Of a stretch of 64,000 nt of DNA, positions 1-12,949 are shown one piece after another. Under the pieces are notes generated by a model. It had not been told where the DNA came from and did not search any database. It saw only the letters and a list, made by a program, of their open reading frames with translations. Source of the stretch: Phoronis australis. Taxonomy: Eukaryota > Animalia > Phoronida. The DNA is taken from contig NMRA01000465.1 of NCBI GenBank assembly GCA_002633005.1, positions 284,472 through 348,471 on the forward strand. Reading direction: 5' to 3'. A program made the translations under genes and the position numbers. Positions within the stretch are counted from its first letter, which is position 1, and each line of letters begins with the position of its first letter.

Positions 1-1186
1 TTTTTTCTACTAACATAGCTTTAATGTTTACTGATGATGGAAAAAATAAGCTTTTCATATAAAACGTTGAGTAAAAGACCCTATTTCAATTTGCAAAAGG
101 TATCAAATTTTTGACTTTTAAAATATTAAATATCTTTCTAATTAAGCGTTCCATTTACCAAAATACTTCCAATACTGGTTGTGAATTGCGAAACCATCCG
201 AAAACGTCCTAATCTATTCCTTGAAATTATTATTTTGAATGTAATTCTTCGTCCAGACGAATGTGCCGGTGCTAGAGGGTCAGAATACATGGACAAGTTT
301 TGAGAATAAAATTGCATGCGCTTGTTTGGTAGCAAGATAGTGTCACGAACTTACGAAGCCAGGAACAGGGTCAGGGGCCCCTGCTTTGTTGTTACAGCCC
401 CAGAAATCCTTTTGCATTATATACAGGTTCTCATTTATAAGTAAGACTGAGCTCAGGGGACCTCTAGACACCTCTGTGCAATGCTCAACTGTCAGCCAGT
501 AAAACCAGGATTCAAAACACGGGTTTCCCAAACGGGATTCCGGAGCTCAAACCACTGATAACACCGTTTGCTTCAGAATTCAATCTGACGAGCAAGAAAC
601 GTTTAACCTTGCTGGATTGGTCCAGTGTACCCTATAGTTGGGTGGCAACCGTTTTCAGTTCGTTTGTCATACATGGTCGCGTAACACATACAAAATGGTT
701 TTCAAATTCCTCGGTGAATATACCTGGAACCTACATGTGGGCGAGGCTTTTTTTTAGAAAATGCGGGGCATACTTTAGTCATTTAGACAACAACCATAGA
801 ACTGTAGCCCTAAAAATTTAACTCCCGTACGCGACCCATAACTGGAGCTTGCGACCCCGAGACTAGCCGCGAGAGTTTGCGCTGAGGATTTCCGGCTGCC
901 TGCTCGAATGAGTTTTTACAGAAAATTATAGTTATCAAATCCAGCCTGATTGCATTTTCTATTTTCATTTTGTTATTATTGTTCATCAAGCGTGACTCTT
1001 GATGTTCGTTTCCATACAATAAGCAATTTCTCGACAAAATCCAGTATTTCGTGTTGTTGACAGCATGCAGTTTATTTGGCAGTTGTCCCACTTTTGGCAG
1101 ACCGTCCCACTACTTTATTTTTTCCGCCATTCCGCCACACTGTTTAAATGTCCCGCTTTTTGACATACGGACAAACTGACATATAT

Positions 1187-2038
1187 ATAGATTATTACAT
1201 GGCGAAGTCGTTATCCCCCGTTATCTAGAGCCCGAGTGGATTTTGGAGAATTATCGCCCGAGGGGCGTTAGACCCGAGAGTGATAATTCTCCAAAATCCA
1301 CGAGGGCTCTAGATAAGAGGGATAACGGCTGAGAACATGTAATAATCTATTTATACCACATACTAAACGAGGAACATTGCAATGAATCGATTTACCTTTC
1401 CTGACTCTTCACGGCTTTGTAACTACTTTCTATGTCAGAGACCCGGGGTCGGAGGTCGTGACCTTTTAAGAAAAGCCGGGCTATTTTTGTCAAATAATGC
1501 TTTTACTCAAAACCAATTGAAAACTTAAATATAATAGAAATAAATTGAATTTATAAATTAAGGTTTACCAACTATTATAGCTTAAAACACGTTATTTTCG
1601 TGCTAAGTTTCGACCAGGAAATTATCGTCTGCTAAAGTAGGTTACCACTGGTAACTGAATATAATTCTAAAGTCAAAGGTCCTGACGACACGATACCCGC
1701 ATTCAAACTGTAGATCGGTGATTTACAAGTAAGAGGACATGAGATAAAATTTTCACTGAATTAAGATATCATTTTTATGGAAATTATGTGTCTTATTTTT
1801 CGTAGCGTATTAGTACAGTACAATGCGGTTTGTTGAACATGCGATTATTGCGCGTGCTCATTTAAGTATTCTATTTTCACTCTTGATGACGTCAGTCGCT
1901 GCATGGTGTAGTGGTAAAGTCGGCGACCAGCAATTTCAAGGTACCAGTTTCCCGCCAAATCGTTATCTCACTAGTGAGACAACTTTATGGGTTATTACAC
2001 GGTTGTATCTGCTATTTGACGCTAATATTGTGGTATAA
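1187..2038 (+). mobile_element. Non-autonomous repeat with a terminal hairpin of about 160 bp (possibly Crypton-derived)
   Basis: Imperfect palindrome at 1187-1350; body bounded by TTATACCACA...TGTGGTATAA; inverted homolog at 57890-58690. Class assignment is tentative. Confidence 0.65.
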
Positions 2039-2235
2039 CATCATATACTATTGGAATTTCCACGCGAGACAGATGAATTTTCCCCACTGGAACGTTTCAT
2101 GTGTGGCACGCGCAATTTCCTGTTCAACTATAAAAAACAAACAAAGGAAAGCAACAACAGCAGCAATAAAAACGCTGTCGAGCATTTTTGATGTTGCATC
2201 TCCCGTTCGACCAAATAACGCTCTCGATAAGTTTT

Positions 2236-2891
2236 AGTGTTGTCACGTTTTTCCCCGTGTGGGTGGGCGCAGGTTGTTACAGACCGGTGCTAATAGCTTT
2301 CGGTGCGACGATAGACGGAAGACCGGTTCGAGTTAATCCTTATTAATCTCGACCGTACGTTCACAAGCCTAGTCAAACAAGACGTCAATGTCTGTTCTAC
2401 GCTCCAGCCAGTGCTGCGAAGTCTTGACTTGTGATGAACTTTTGAGACATTTCCAGCAACTGTTACACTCGTTGATTCAGTAACCTGATGTCTCTATAGG
2501 TAGCTCTCTATTGATTATCCCTGTAAATGCTGATTCGCTTCAGTGCAACTCAACTGTAATCCTCTCAACTGTTTTACTGTTAACTCCAACTGCTCATCTC
2601 TTAAACTGCTTTTTCTGTTTAACTCCGACTGCTGAGGAGCTTAACTAACTAATTGAAACCCGTGCCTGGTATTTATAGACTAATGCATTGTTCTTGAACT
2701 TTTCACCAGCTCAAGCACATTCTAGAACTCTCCGGAATCTACCCAATCATTCTACAAACATATACTATTCTAGGCTGCATTAACATTTGTCATGCTAGCG
2801 ACTTCTAGAAAGTTCCACACTATTCTGTAGTAAACAAATTACATCATCATTGTGCTTAACTCAGGGATCATGCCAATCATGATGTACCACT
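2236..2891 (-). mobile_element. Putative solo LTR
   Basis: AGTG...CACT termini flanked by TTTT on both sides; TATAAATA box on the minus strand near 2670; short internal direct repeats; no ORF. Confidence 0.35.
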
Positions 2892-3521
2892 TTTTATCCT
2901 TAAGTCCCGCTTTTCAATCCAGTTGTTTCGTTTTATAGTTCTTGAACGTCGACCATGACGACTATGCAACAAGTGTTCAAAAAACAATGTCTCCTTTAAT
3001 GAATATTGCTATTTTCCAGAGTCTGCTTTCTTTAGTAAAATTTAAAATCAAAAGTAAAATTTATTCCAATTTCTCTTGTTTATATATGGTAACATATACT
3101 ACATGTATCAGAACTACTTTCTGAAAAGAGTGTTACTTCTAAACTTTTGTGGAAAATCGTACAATGCAAAATAAGCTATCCACAATGCATTTCAAAGCCT
3201 CGTGATAAATCTCCCTGATAGCAATTAGCAGCATATATCAATGAAAACAACAACGGAGTTATAACGACTTGACATGTTTCGGTGTCATCTATTGAAACGC
3301 CATCAAAAGAAGAAAAGTGTCAGAATAAATATTGATTAAGTAATTAGTAAGAATAGATCCATTTTAAGTTGCCCAAAATTTGTGCATATGTACTTTTAAA
3401 TCATGGGATCAGACTTGTTGACATGTATTTTAACGTCAAAATCTATTTTTAGATGGTGTTTACAACTTTGGGTTCTGGGGTCAAAGTACTCTAGAGATTC
3501 TAAAATATTTTGAGAACAAAT

Positions 3522-4210
3522 TGTAACAGCCACTAATGTGAGTGGATATGATCATGTGGTTTTTATTAGTCAATCACTAAATAAGTAGAATGTTATATTA
3601 TGGGCTGAAATCAACAAGATAATTAGATGCGCTATAGTAGTTGAAGCAGAAAGACTTGCTACAGTGTACAGAAGCAATTTTACGACAGAGCCATCTCGTG
3701 GAAGATTCTAGAAAGGATCTTGGCAAGGGCAAGGGTTAACGAACGGGAAGTTAACTAAGAGCTTGTCACTTGCATTGTGGTTAGTAAGATACTACCTGAA
3801 GTGTTGCGTCATCAGCCAGAGACTGTGACCAGCAAGAAGATTCGCGGGTAGAAGAAATTGCCTGCAAGTGTTGCATCACCAGAGACGGTGACCAGCAAGT
3901 GCACTGTCGCTATACAGTGTGTGTAGTAGATTCACCAACAGGACAGACATCCAACAAGTGGAGAGTCCTAGCTTGGATAGCAGATAAGACATTTGATTGT
4001 TTTGGTTGTTTGATTAAAGTAATCTTTAAAGAGGGCGCTAGCGTAGTTACTCTTTGTAGTTGATTACTTAATTAACAATAGGTTTCATTTGTCTAATTAG
4101 GGGTTATCATATAATAAATTAATTACTGGATTTGATTATTCACTCTCCATCTACGCACAATCTCAAAGCATAACTACCGTTTAAACAAACCCACAGTCAA
4201 TCGTCTGACA
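3522..4210 (+). mobile_element. Possible LTR-like fragment
   Basis: Starts TGTAACAG, ends ...CTGACA, with an internal duplication of AGAGACxGTGACCAGCAAG. No TSD found. Confidence 0.22.
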
Positions 4211-4229
4211 AAGAGAAAACATAGTGGCC

Positions 4230-4900
4230 ACCTTGCTATGTAGATAATGTGTTTTGTATATTTGAAAGTCAGCAGTCAGCCCAAGAATTTTGATGTATTT
4301 AAACTAGAGGCATCTTAACTTGAAATTCAGTATAGAACCGGAGGTCGACTACATTTTGCCATTTTTGGACGTGTTAGTGGAGCGTGAGGGTAACTTAGTG
4401 AAACATTAGTATTTCATGAGAACTCTTACACAGAACTGTACACTTAAATTGTTTTCATAGCTTCACATCCTTTGTTTATAAAGTGGGTCTCTTATAGACA
4501 GTGTATGTCCCATCAACAACACTTGAGCTGGATTTGATTCTGGGCAATTCCATTCAGTGTGACCGACGTACAATCAGAGAACATTTTGATCAGTTGTGAA
4601 AAAAATGTTTATCCTAGGGAAATAATTAATACATCAATTGATAGGTCTCATTGATAGCTTTTAAAGACTGTGAGGAAGATTGGTTCAGAAGGGGTGTGAA
4701 AGAAGCTCTCCACGATCACATCGAGAGCCCCTCTCTGAATAAACAAATTGGATTAATGTTCCATCTCTGACACGTATGGGATAGTGTGCTGACCTCAATG
4801 CCACGTCCTCTAGTTAAAACGTCACCTATTGGCCAGAACGCTAATAACGCCGCTGGCCAAGCTGAAATCCTTGAGAGACGGACAAAATGTTGCTGACTCA
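4230..4900 (+). mobile_element. Degenerate Penelope-like element fragments (RT and GIY-YIG C-terminus)
   Basis: Frameshifted translation YVDNVFCIF...HLNLKFSIEPEVDYILPFLDVLVER, then DCEEDWFRRGVKEAL...PSLNK; the latter is homologous to 47500-47740. Confidence 0.75.
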
Positions 4901-6837
4901 AGCAAGAAAATTCTAGTGTTTGAATCAATTTTTCTGTAGACTGCTCGAAAATAAGGTTTAATTACGGAAGAAGTTGCTTGAGTTGGAAAGAATTAAAGGT
5001 ATCAATAGCCTCCTAACGTGCTCATCCAAACGCAAAAGCCTACTAATAGCTATGTGGCATTGATTATTTAACCCGTGTGAGGCACTGTTCGCCAAAAAGC
5101 TCGCGGCACACGAAGGCCCTATAGGATGGCCGTCATCTCTACTACTGTACTGACTGAGCACTATCTAGTCTGGGGCTAGCAGGCTCTAATAATAGAAAAC
5201 ATAGGCTAAGCCGGTTTGGTCATTTCAGGGTCAGTCATGTGGGAGGACTAACCAACTGATAGACCTTAAAGTCGTACTTGCAAACTATTCAATGTTTACG
5301 AGTCCATAGTGTACAAACAACTTTTTCGATGAACTAACAGCTCGTTTGAGCTGACAAATATACGAAGTTTGTGTTTGAAGTAACTACATCATCGAGATGT
5401 TCTGACATTGATTGGATAAAGATGAAGAATAGTCCCGGTAGACTGATTTCTCAGGAAGACATGTCCATTGTGATAAAGATAACGCCGGACGGCGACTCAT
5501 GTGGAAGAGGGTCAACCGTCGCTGGCCTAACGGACGATCCGGACAGTGTGGCCCCTAATGGTAGACGTGAATGTTTCTTTCTGTTTCTGATAATGGCCGA
5601 CTAAGCGAGCGTATTATTTTCTCTGCGTCTCCCTAGTGCACCTTATGTTGCCTACTGGTTGCTTTCACAGAGATGACGAGCTACTTAACTGTAGCCTACA
5701 TGTATTTCGTGGACTATTCAACGCTTGCCTTTATCCAGTTGGTTCTTCGGGTGCACTGAAATGTTTGGTTGCCGGGGGGGCTCATTTTGACTTCGACTAG
5801 AAATTTCTGAAAGTGCGGAGTACGAACCACTCTTTAACGTTGTTTCCTTAACTAAATATCTAAGTCATTGTTTTCGTATCGTTTTCTGAATGCAAATTTA
5901 CATGCTGTGTCGACAATTATAGCCAGATAATAACGCAGGGAGGGTTACACAACGTGCCCATTGCTCCTTCTTCAATAGAAAAAGTCCTACCCCGGACAAA
6001 GTTCGTTTCCATTAATTGTCCCCTTGTTTATTGCAAAGTTCCCTCGGGTTGTCACTCTTTTCAGTCCCACCACCGGTTGCCACCAGTGTGTTTCTTTTTT
6101 TTGAAAACATGCGCAATGAAAAAACTGCATGAGTGAAAATTCGCAAAAATCGATCATAAATTCTCGGAATTGTGAATGTGATTCCGGGTCAAACAGCGTT
6201 CACTGACATGACTGGGAGGTAAGATATTGCCAACGGAAGTTACTGCACTTTGACCAGGGTTGGAAGCACAATGCGTATTTCAGACTTTGCGTTTCCAGTC
6301 TCCGTAAGTTTTACATATTTATCTCCGTCTAACCATTCCACGTTCACAAATTCTGGAACACACCGATAAATTTACACCAAACTCTTGACAATTGGATTTC
6401 TGCGGCGTTTCGGCGATCAGTATGTTTGTCCGGCCATCTTCAGGTGAAGTCACCCAAGCAGCCAACCAACACCCGTTTACACATCCTAAAGCACGTGGAT
6501 GATCCATTGTACATCCACTAAAGCGCCAGACTGACAATCGAACATTCTTTCGTTCAAATCCTACCTTGGGGCAAGGAATTTATTCTAAAAATGTTAAAAA
6601 GCGTTAAACACAGACCATCGCGACTTTGCAGCGTACGAATTAATATGAACGCTCAGTTATCCTAGAAGGTGGCCGAAAAGTGACAACTCGAGACGTCGTG
6701 CCAATGTAAATAGGCTATACCTAGCTGTAAGTAAACCATTAGTTTTTAGAAATAGTGTTGCTACAGTACACCAAAACAATTTAGTAACACCTGGCTGATG
6801 GTAGTATTACGCACTTCAACTTTGTGTTACCTTTTAG

Positions 6838-7083
6838 CTCGTTGTCTTCCCCTTAATGAAAAAGAATGTTTTGAGCGTTTTCGAAGAGGCGACTGTAAGA
6901 AACAATCCATATATATGAACTACCACTGCCGCCGGACCTGTCATCAACATATGTGTCCACTTGGTGTTTGCGAAAATAAACACAGCGATTGTGAGTTCTG
7001 GGGAAAGCAAGGAGAATGCCATGTCAATCCTAGCTACATGTGGGACGTATGTGCTAAGGCGTGTAAAAAGTATCTTTGTCAAG
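6838..7083 (+). CDS. Gene 1 exon with two ShK domains
   Basis: ttttag|CT...AAG|gtaagt, 246 nt. RCLPLNEKECFERFRRGDCKKQSIYMNYHCRRTCHQHMCPLGVCENKHSDCEFWGKQGECHVNPSYMWDVCAKACKKYLCQ; typical ShKT motif C-x-x-W-x-x-x-G-E-C-x-x-N-P-x-Y-M-x-x-x-C-x-K-x-C. Confidence 0.93.
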
Positions 7084-8535
7084 GTAAGTAAGTAGCTGCG
7101 GAAACAGATGGTCGTTTTCTGGAAAAGATTCTATTATTTTCTCCACATTTTGAACCAAAAAACGACATGGACTTGCAACTTTATTAAAAACAACAAACCT
7201 GTATGGGTACATGTAGGTGGAGTGCCATATTTATTTGAAATATCCACAAGCAACATTTTTCATTTGGATAACAATGGCATTACTGCCCGAAAAGGGGTGG
7301 TCGTTTGCCCACAATGCAAGCTTAGTAACCAATCATGTTATAATGGACAGCGGAATGATCCCTTTTGCAGTGAAGTTAGTGGCACGTTTCACCTTCAGTA
7401 TCCACTTCAAAGCGCAAGACAAAAATAATATCACGCCTGTTGATGTGTATGCTTAATAATGTTACGTTTTTAATGGCAAACCAACACCCAATCTGGAAAG
7501 AAGATCATTGGTTTTGTAACTAATGCAAGCGCACTAAATGTTTTTACGAGAAAACTAAATCACTTGATGCTTAATAGGGTTTCGCACAATTTTCCAAAAA
7601 GCCACAATTCAGTCATTGCTTTCCGGCATCGTCTAATAAAAAAGTGAATAAGTCACCTGAGTACTACCGAAACGGGAGGAACTCAAAATTTGTGAACATG
7701 TTTAATTACACAGAAAATCAGTGAATCTGAATATGTGACATAAAACCTTTAGAGTACAGGATTGACGTCGCTTATTGAAATGATGCCAATTGCTTAATAG
7801 ACGTTGTTTTAGAACGGAAACTTGCTTATTTTGGGATTGTTGGTGAATACGTGGAAGGACTTTGTGCGCAATCGGTTTCATCAAAACCGAAAATGCACTC
7901 AAGTTCCTGACTGCATTGACCTCTTTATTTGGAATATCACGTGAGTTGACTAACCTGATAGATGTCGCATTAGAACTGTGCACTGACTTCGAATTAACAA
8001 CAATGCAGTATACGCACGTTTGAGATTACAAATGTTGACATAAACTTAGAAGTAAAAGAGAATTATTTTGATGAGGGAATCAATCCTCGCCTTGTTGGGA
8101 GGACCACCCGTGACTGCTAAGTTGTTCGGCCTCATTTGTACGACCAAACATGGGTCACAATAGATTGAGAAAGTCCAGTCTCTGGTATGTTACTAGTCAA
8201 TCCACAGAGCCACCTTTCGTGGCACTGGTTGACAATGCTGCTGCGACATGTTGCAATCCCTCAGTAACACAGTTTCCAGTAACTCATTTTCGTGAAGAAT
8301 GAAGCCATAGTAGTAATCAGGTGTATCATCCCATTTTCCTTTTTGAATTCTGATAGCGTGATTGACAGCTGCAGATCTATTGACAGGATATCGGGTTAAT
8401 GGAGACAAACTGGGCTTTTATCTAAACTTAAAAACCACGTGGCTATATAATAACCTATTGTGTTTTGTTGTATTTTGTTGCTTCAGTTGCCTTTGAAGTT
8501 TGATCAGCCGCTGAAGCATTTTTGTTTTCCATCAG

Positions 8536-8685
8536 CTGAGTCCGAATGGCCAAAAACAGAAATTTGCCAGAACAAATTAAGTGTGAAGAGGTGCGAAGAA
8601 CTTGTTTCTTATGGAAATTGTATAACCGAAGCGATATCCATGGCCAACGATTGCTTCCGGTCTTGTACCAGGTGCGCCAGAGACG
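8536..8685 (+). CDS. Gene 1 exon with one ShK domain
   Basis: catcag|CT...GACG|gtacgg, 150 nt. ESEWPKTEICQNKLSVKRCEELVSYGNCITEAISMANDCFRSCTRCARD. Confidence 0.9.
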
Positions 8686-9492
8686 GTACGGAGTAGTTTT
8701 TCACGTCATTTGTTTTTGACCATGGTCATTTATATCTAGTGTACCTCAAACGTTCCATAGTTCACTGGGCTACAACTTCAACAATTTTGAACTCTCGTTT
8801 CTGAAACTTCGTATCAATGAAACTTGTTGTAACCTTACGCGTTTGTGAATGCAGGTCTTTCTTATTACGATTTGAAGCGACACCAAATTGAATACTGCTA
8901 GTTGAAATTAAATATCAGAAAGGCTGTTGATCATCAATTTAATCAGTCACTTTAAAGTATTACCGTTGCTCGTGGTCTTTCTTACGTCCCTGATTGCTCA
9001 TTTTCCACTGTTGCTGAACAGTCTAGTTGGTACAAGCATGTATTCAGGTAGACAGCCAGCTAATTTCTTTGGAGCTCTCGTTAGGAGTTGTTCAGTACGG
9101 CCAGGTTTAGCTCAAAGCTCGATGCTGGTTACCCGTACAAAATTTCACTGGCTCATTCATTACTTTGATAGTAAACAACACAAATGTAGTACACTATGTT
9201 AGACTGAGTCAATGAGAGAAATAAGTTGTGATCAGGAGATGCACTAATTAATTTTCAATGACTACTGAACCTATTTGGACAAGCACTTGGCTAACCTCGT
9301 TAATATTGGTGAGTCACGCATTTTACCTCATGCGACAACCGATCTAATCCAGTGGATAATTTTGAGTTTTATGCAACCCGTCTCATGAATATGTTCTGGG
9401 CAACAGTTTTGGATGGCGTAGCATTAGCCAGTAGCAGGCCATTAAAGTTAGTTCTGTCTGAACTGAACTTAGACCCGGGCGTTACTTTCTAG

Positions 9493-9747
9493 ACGCTGAT
9501 TGTGTTGACGGCTCGTACTTTTGTGACACCACCGCCCACTGCATAAACCGAGACCGATGGATACGGTTATGTAGAAAGTCATGTGGCCTGTGTAGTGAAG
9601 AGGGCTCCATGCTTGTTTTACCCTGCGAAAACAGAGCTGGCAACCAGGCCTGCGTTAAGTGGGCTAAAGATGGCGAATGTACCTCGAACACTGTGTGGAT
9701 GACTCACAACTGCAGGGAGGCTTGTGCACAGTGTGAAACGGAAACAT
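9493..9747 (+). CDS. Gene 1 exon with two ShK domains (absent from ORF track)
   Basis: ttctag|AC...ACAT|gtaagt, 255 nt. ADCVDGSYFCDTTAHCINRDRWIRLCRKSCGLCSEEGSMLVLPCENRAGNQACVKWAKDGECTSNTVWMTHNCREACAQCETET. Confidence 0.93.
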
Positions 9748-10340
9748 GTAAGTCAAACATAAGTTGGTGAATTGTGGAATTGGTGGAATATAAACACGTG
9801 AGCCAAACACCAATTTCTTGGTGAGTCGTGGAACTCTGTGAAACTAAATCATATAAGCCAAACACAAATCTATAGATGAATTGAGGAATATGTGAAACAG
9901 TAAGACATTAGTCTAACTGCAGTCGGCAGATCAACTCCGGAATGTGTGAAACGGAAATGTGCATGTGAACCACTAATTGGTAAATGAAGTGTTGAGTCAA
10001 ATAACAATCGGTAGACGAGTTCTGAAATATTTGAAACAGTAACATATCAAATGCAAATTTGTCGATGAATTGAAAAAGACGTGCAACGGAAAGCTAAGTC
10101 AAACACCCGTTCATAGGTGAATTAATATGTGAAGTGGAAACATAAAAGACAATCACTAGTTAGAAGATGCATTGAGAAATGTTTGAAAACAGAGTCATAT
10201 AATGTGAAACACCATTTGGAAGTTGAGCAGTGCAATGAGTGAACGTGAGTCAAATACCACTAGGTAGACGACTTGTTAAATGTGTGAGACTTAAACGGGT
10301 AAGTTAATCATCATCTGGTATAGGGAATGAGGAATCTGAG
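9732..10340 (+). repeat. Degenerate minisatellite (unit about 50-55 bp, about 11 copies) beginning inside an exon
   Basis: Recurring TGTGAAAC-x-GAAACAT-x-TAAGTCAAACA...ATGAATTG-x-GGAAT units. Confidence 0.7.
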
Positions 10341-11650
10341 AGTAATATTTTTTGCTCTCAGATATTTTTGTTAGATAACCAAGTAAGTGATTACGTAACA
10401 AAACAAGTCCTTACAGACATGTATCACCGGTTGTACTTAGTGTATCTAGAACAGAATAAGCCACATTCAAACTTTTCACACATGCGCACACACGAAACCT
10501 GCTTACATTGTAACAATATTTTTCCATATGACACAAATATTTTCTTGCTTTTTCTCCTTTTTCGATCCATCTACAACCAGCTCTTAACATTGCTCCTTTA
10601 ATATATAGCGTATATTTTCTAATTCGCGGGTTAGTTTCAGTAACTCTTCCTCGGCTTCCTGAGAAAAATTATGTGGCAAAATAAAGTTTAAAGTTCGGTT
10701 TTGCTTCTTTTTATTTCCTGAAAAGTGAATTGTCATTGTTCTTATATTATTCAGCACTACTTCAAAAAGAAGTTTATCACCAATTGAAAACTGAGAACAA
10801 TCTTTAAATTCAGTGTGTTCGGTAAGATTTACCTTATACTCATTAACAGTATTTGCAATGACTTATTTTACTTTAGTAAGATACATCTTGTCAGACAAGA
10901 GTTGTTAAGTTCCCAAAATCCAGGTCCGTTTTTAAAACTGTAACATTTCAAAGTTGCTACAATAGCTGAGTGGTAAGTTCTATATCCAGGAAGAATAGTT
11001 AGTTTTTCCAGAAACGCCTAAAGTTCCTCGCTAACTATGATTAGTCCAACCTAGCCCACTTACGTAATTTCTTTTAAAACGTGTTTAATTTTTTCTTTCA
11101 GGATGCCTCACACTCCAACGGTCAACCAAATTTAACCCGGCTTTCAACTCGCAAACTTTTTATTAGGTAAAGGACTGTTGTTGCACTTATGGTTACAACA
11201 GTCTAAATTATAATCCTGGGCAACGTTCCAATCCCCACAAAGAATCACAAACTCTGATGCAAATTCATCTACTTGACTTCTGAGACGTTGGAAAAAGAGG
11301 CGCCATCTTCATTAGAATCATAGATGTTAAAATAGATATGTTGAATTTTTACTCGACTATCAAATCTATAGCTAAAAAATTCCCGGACCAGTCATGTTTG
11401 ATATAAGAAGCATTGTACTCAATGTTGTTAGCAAAAAATATACCGGTAGTACAGTAACTCCTCTAGAATTACTCGACCCAGGGCAGCTGTAACATCCAAA
11501 CCCCCATTGGCTTTTAACAGTGTCTCTCATTTGTGGTGAAAAGTGGGTATCCCGCAAACAATAGGTGCTACAATTTTTATTTTTTAAGTAATCAAAAACA
11601 TCTTGGAGTAAAAAAGTCTTGGAGTAATATTAGTCATTAAAGAATGTGCG
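10340..11650 (-). mobile_element. Degenerate L1/Tx1-type LINE, endonuclease region
   Basis: Minus-strand remnants CLRDTHFS...QWG...SNSRGV, ILCGDWN and GPGFWELNNS, with stops and frameshifts. Confidence 0.72.
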
Positions 11651-12949
11651 AAACGGGGAAATACCGCATTTGCCAATTGTTCGACCCAAGGTCATGATAG
11701 AATGTGCTCCACTTTTGATATTCTTTGTTTCGCAGTTATGTAGTATCTGAATAAAGTGGCAGACCCAGCTGGTACAGGAGACACGTCTTCTATTGAAGAC
11801 CCGACGAGTATAAAACTCGGGGTATGAAATTCTCTTGCATCTATTAACAATTGTCTTCGATTAGAAACCCAGCTTCTGTTCGAAGCTTTAAGGTCTAAGC
11901 CCATGGATTCACTCACTTTCCAGGGATGACTTAAAGACGTTCCCGAAATCACGCCCATGGCTTATATTAGAAAATAAGGCAAGATCTATTAGGACACAAG
12001 GCAAGTCACATTTCTTGTGTTCTTCGCCAATCAATATTGACCACAATCAACACTTGAGTTTAATACATATTGACTGTCTAAAACCATACTATAACCAATG
12101 AAGGATTAGTAATGTTTCGCTGGCGGACCTGAGATCAAACATTGGGGGCTAAGCCAAAGTTTTTGAAGTGACAAGACAGCGCAAACTTCTATATATTATA
12201 TGTTGGAGTCGTTTTCTTTTTGCCACGCCCAGTTTTGGAGTGACCGGAACCCGGTTGCATGAAACAATCCTGGATGGTTCTAAACTACGTCCCTTAAAAT
12301 TTCAGCGCTTTTGTAAACATCGTTTTCTCACTAGTGTTAAATCTCCCCATCATTTTTGTTTTGTTGTGAGCTCCTCTATTGCTTGTGACATTTTCTAATA
12401 ATTCAAATTAGAGTTTAGAGTTACTGGTTGTCAAAGCTTAAACTTGAAGTAGCAATGAAGATAGATTTGCAGGAATTGAATGAAGAACAATTAGTGTGTA
12501 CTCAAAATCCCAAAATGTACGGAACATAGTCAAGTTTTTGTTAGGACTATATCAAGCATCTGGGGACTGGGACTCCAGGACCCCAAATTCCACCAATGAG
12601 TTCTAACATGGTATTCGTCAAATCAATGTGTTTCCTGTAAAAATGTTTTAACATTAAAAAATTTACAGTTCCACGGCAAACGTCATCCTGATCCCTTTAA
12701 TAACATTATATTGCTGTCTTTTCTTTTGGATATAGGCAGTTACATCGTTGTTGGGGGAGTATTGGCGATTGCGTGCCCCTATAAATAGTTACTCATTTCA
12801 AAATACAAAGAATAACGTTGGCCGAACCACATATAAGCACAGTGAGTTATCTTGAAGTGAGTATATTTTTATGGGGTATATTATCGCTTGTGTACGACCG
12901 CGGCGTCCACAGGTGGGTATCTGCTAATATGCTCATCAAACATCCGCAA

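Noticed and set aside
1-340. Possible LINE remnant at the window start
   Set aside because: Too degenerate to assign any motif with confidence.
1895-1960. tRNA or SINE head (TGGTGTAGTGG A-box-like)
   Set aside because: No B box or cloverleaf; part of the dispersed 1187-2038 repeat.
5040-5165. Possible second HDV-like ribozyme (CAGTGCCTCACACGGGT on the minus strand)
   Set aside because: Could not find P1, P1.1 or P2 partners.
11102-11166. AG/GT-bounded candidate exon
   Set aside because: 65 nt would shift the frame; it is antisense LINE sequence; the flanking exons already join to rebuild a Cys codon.
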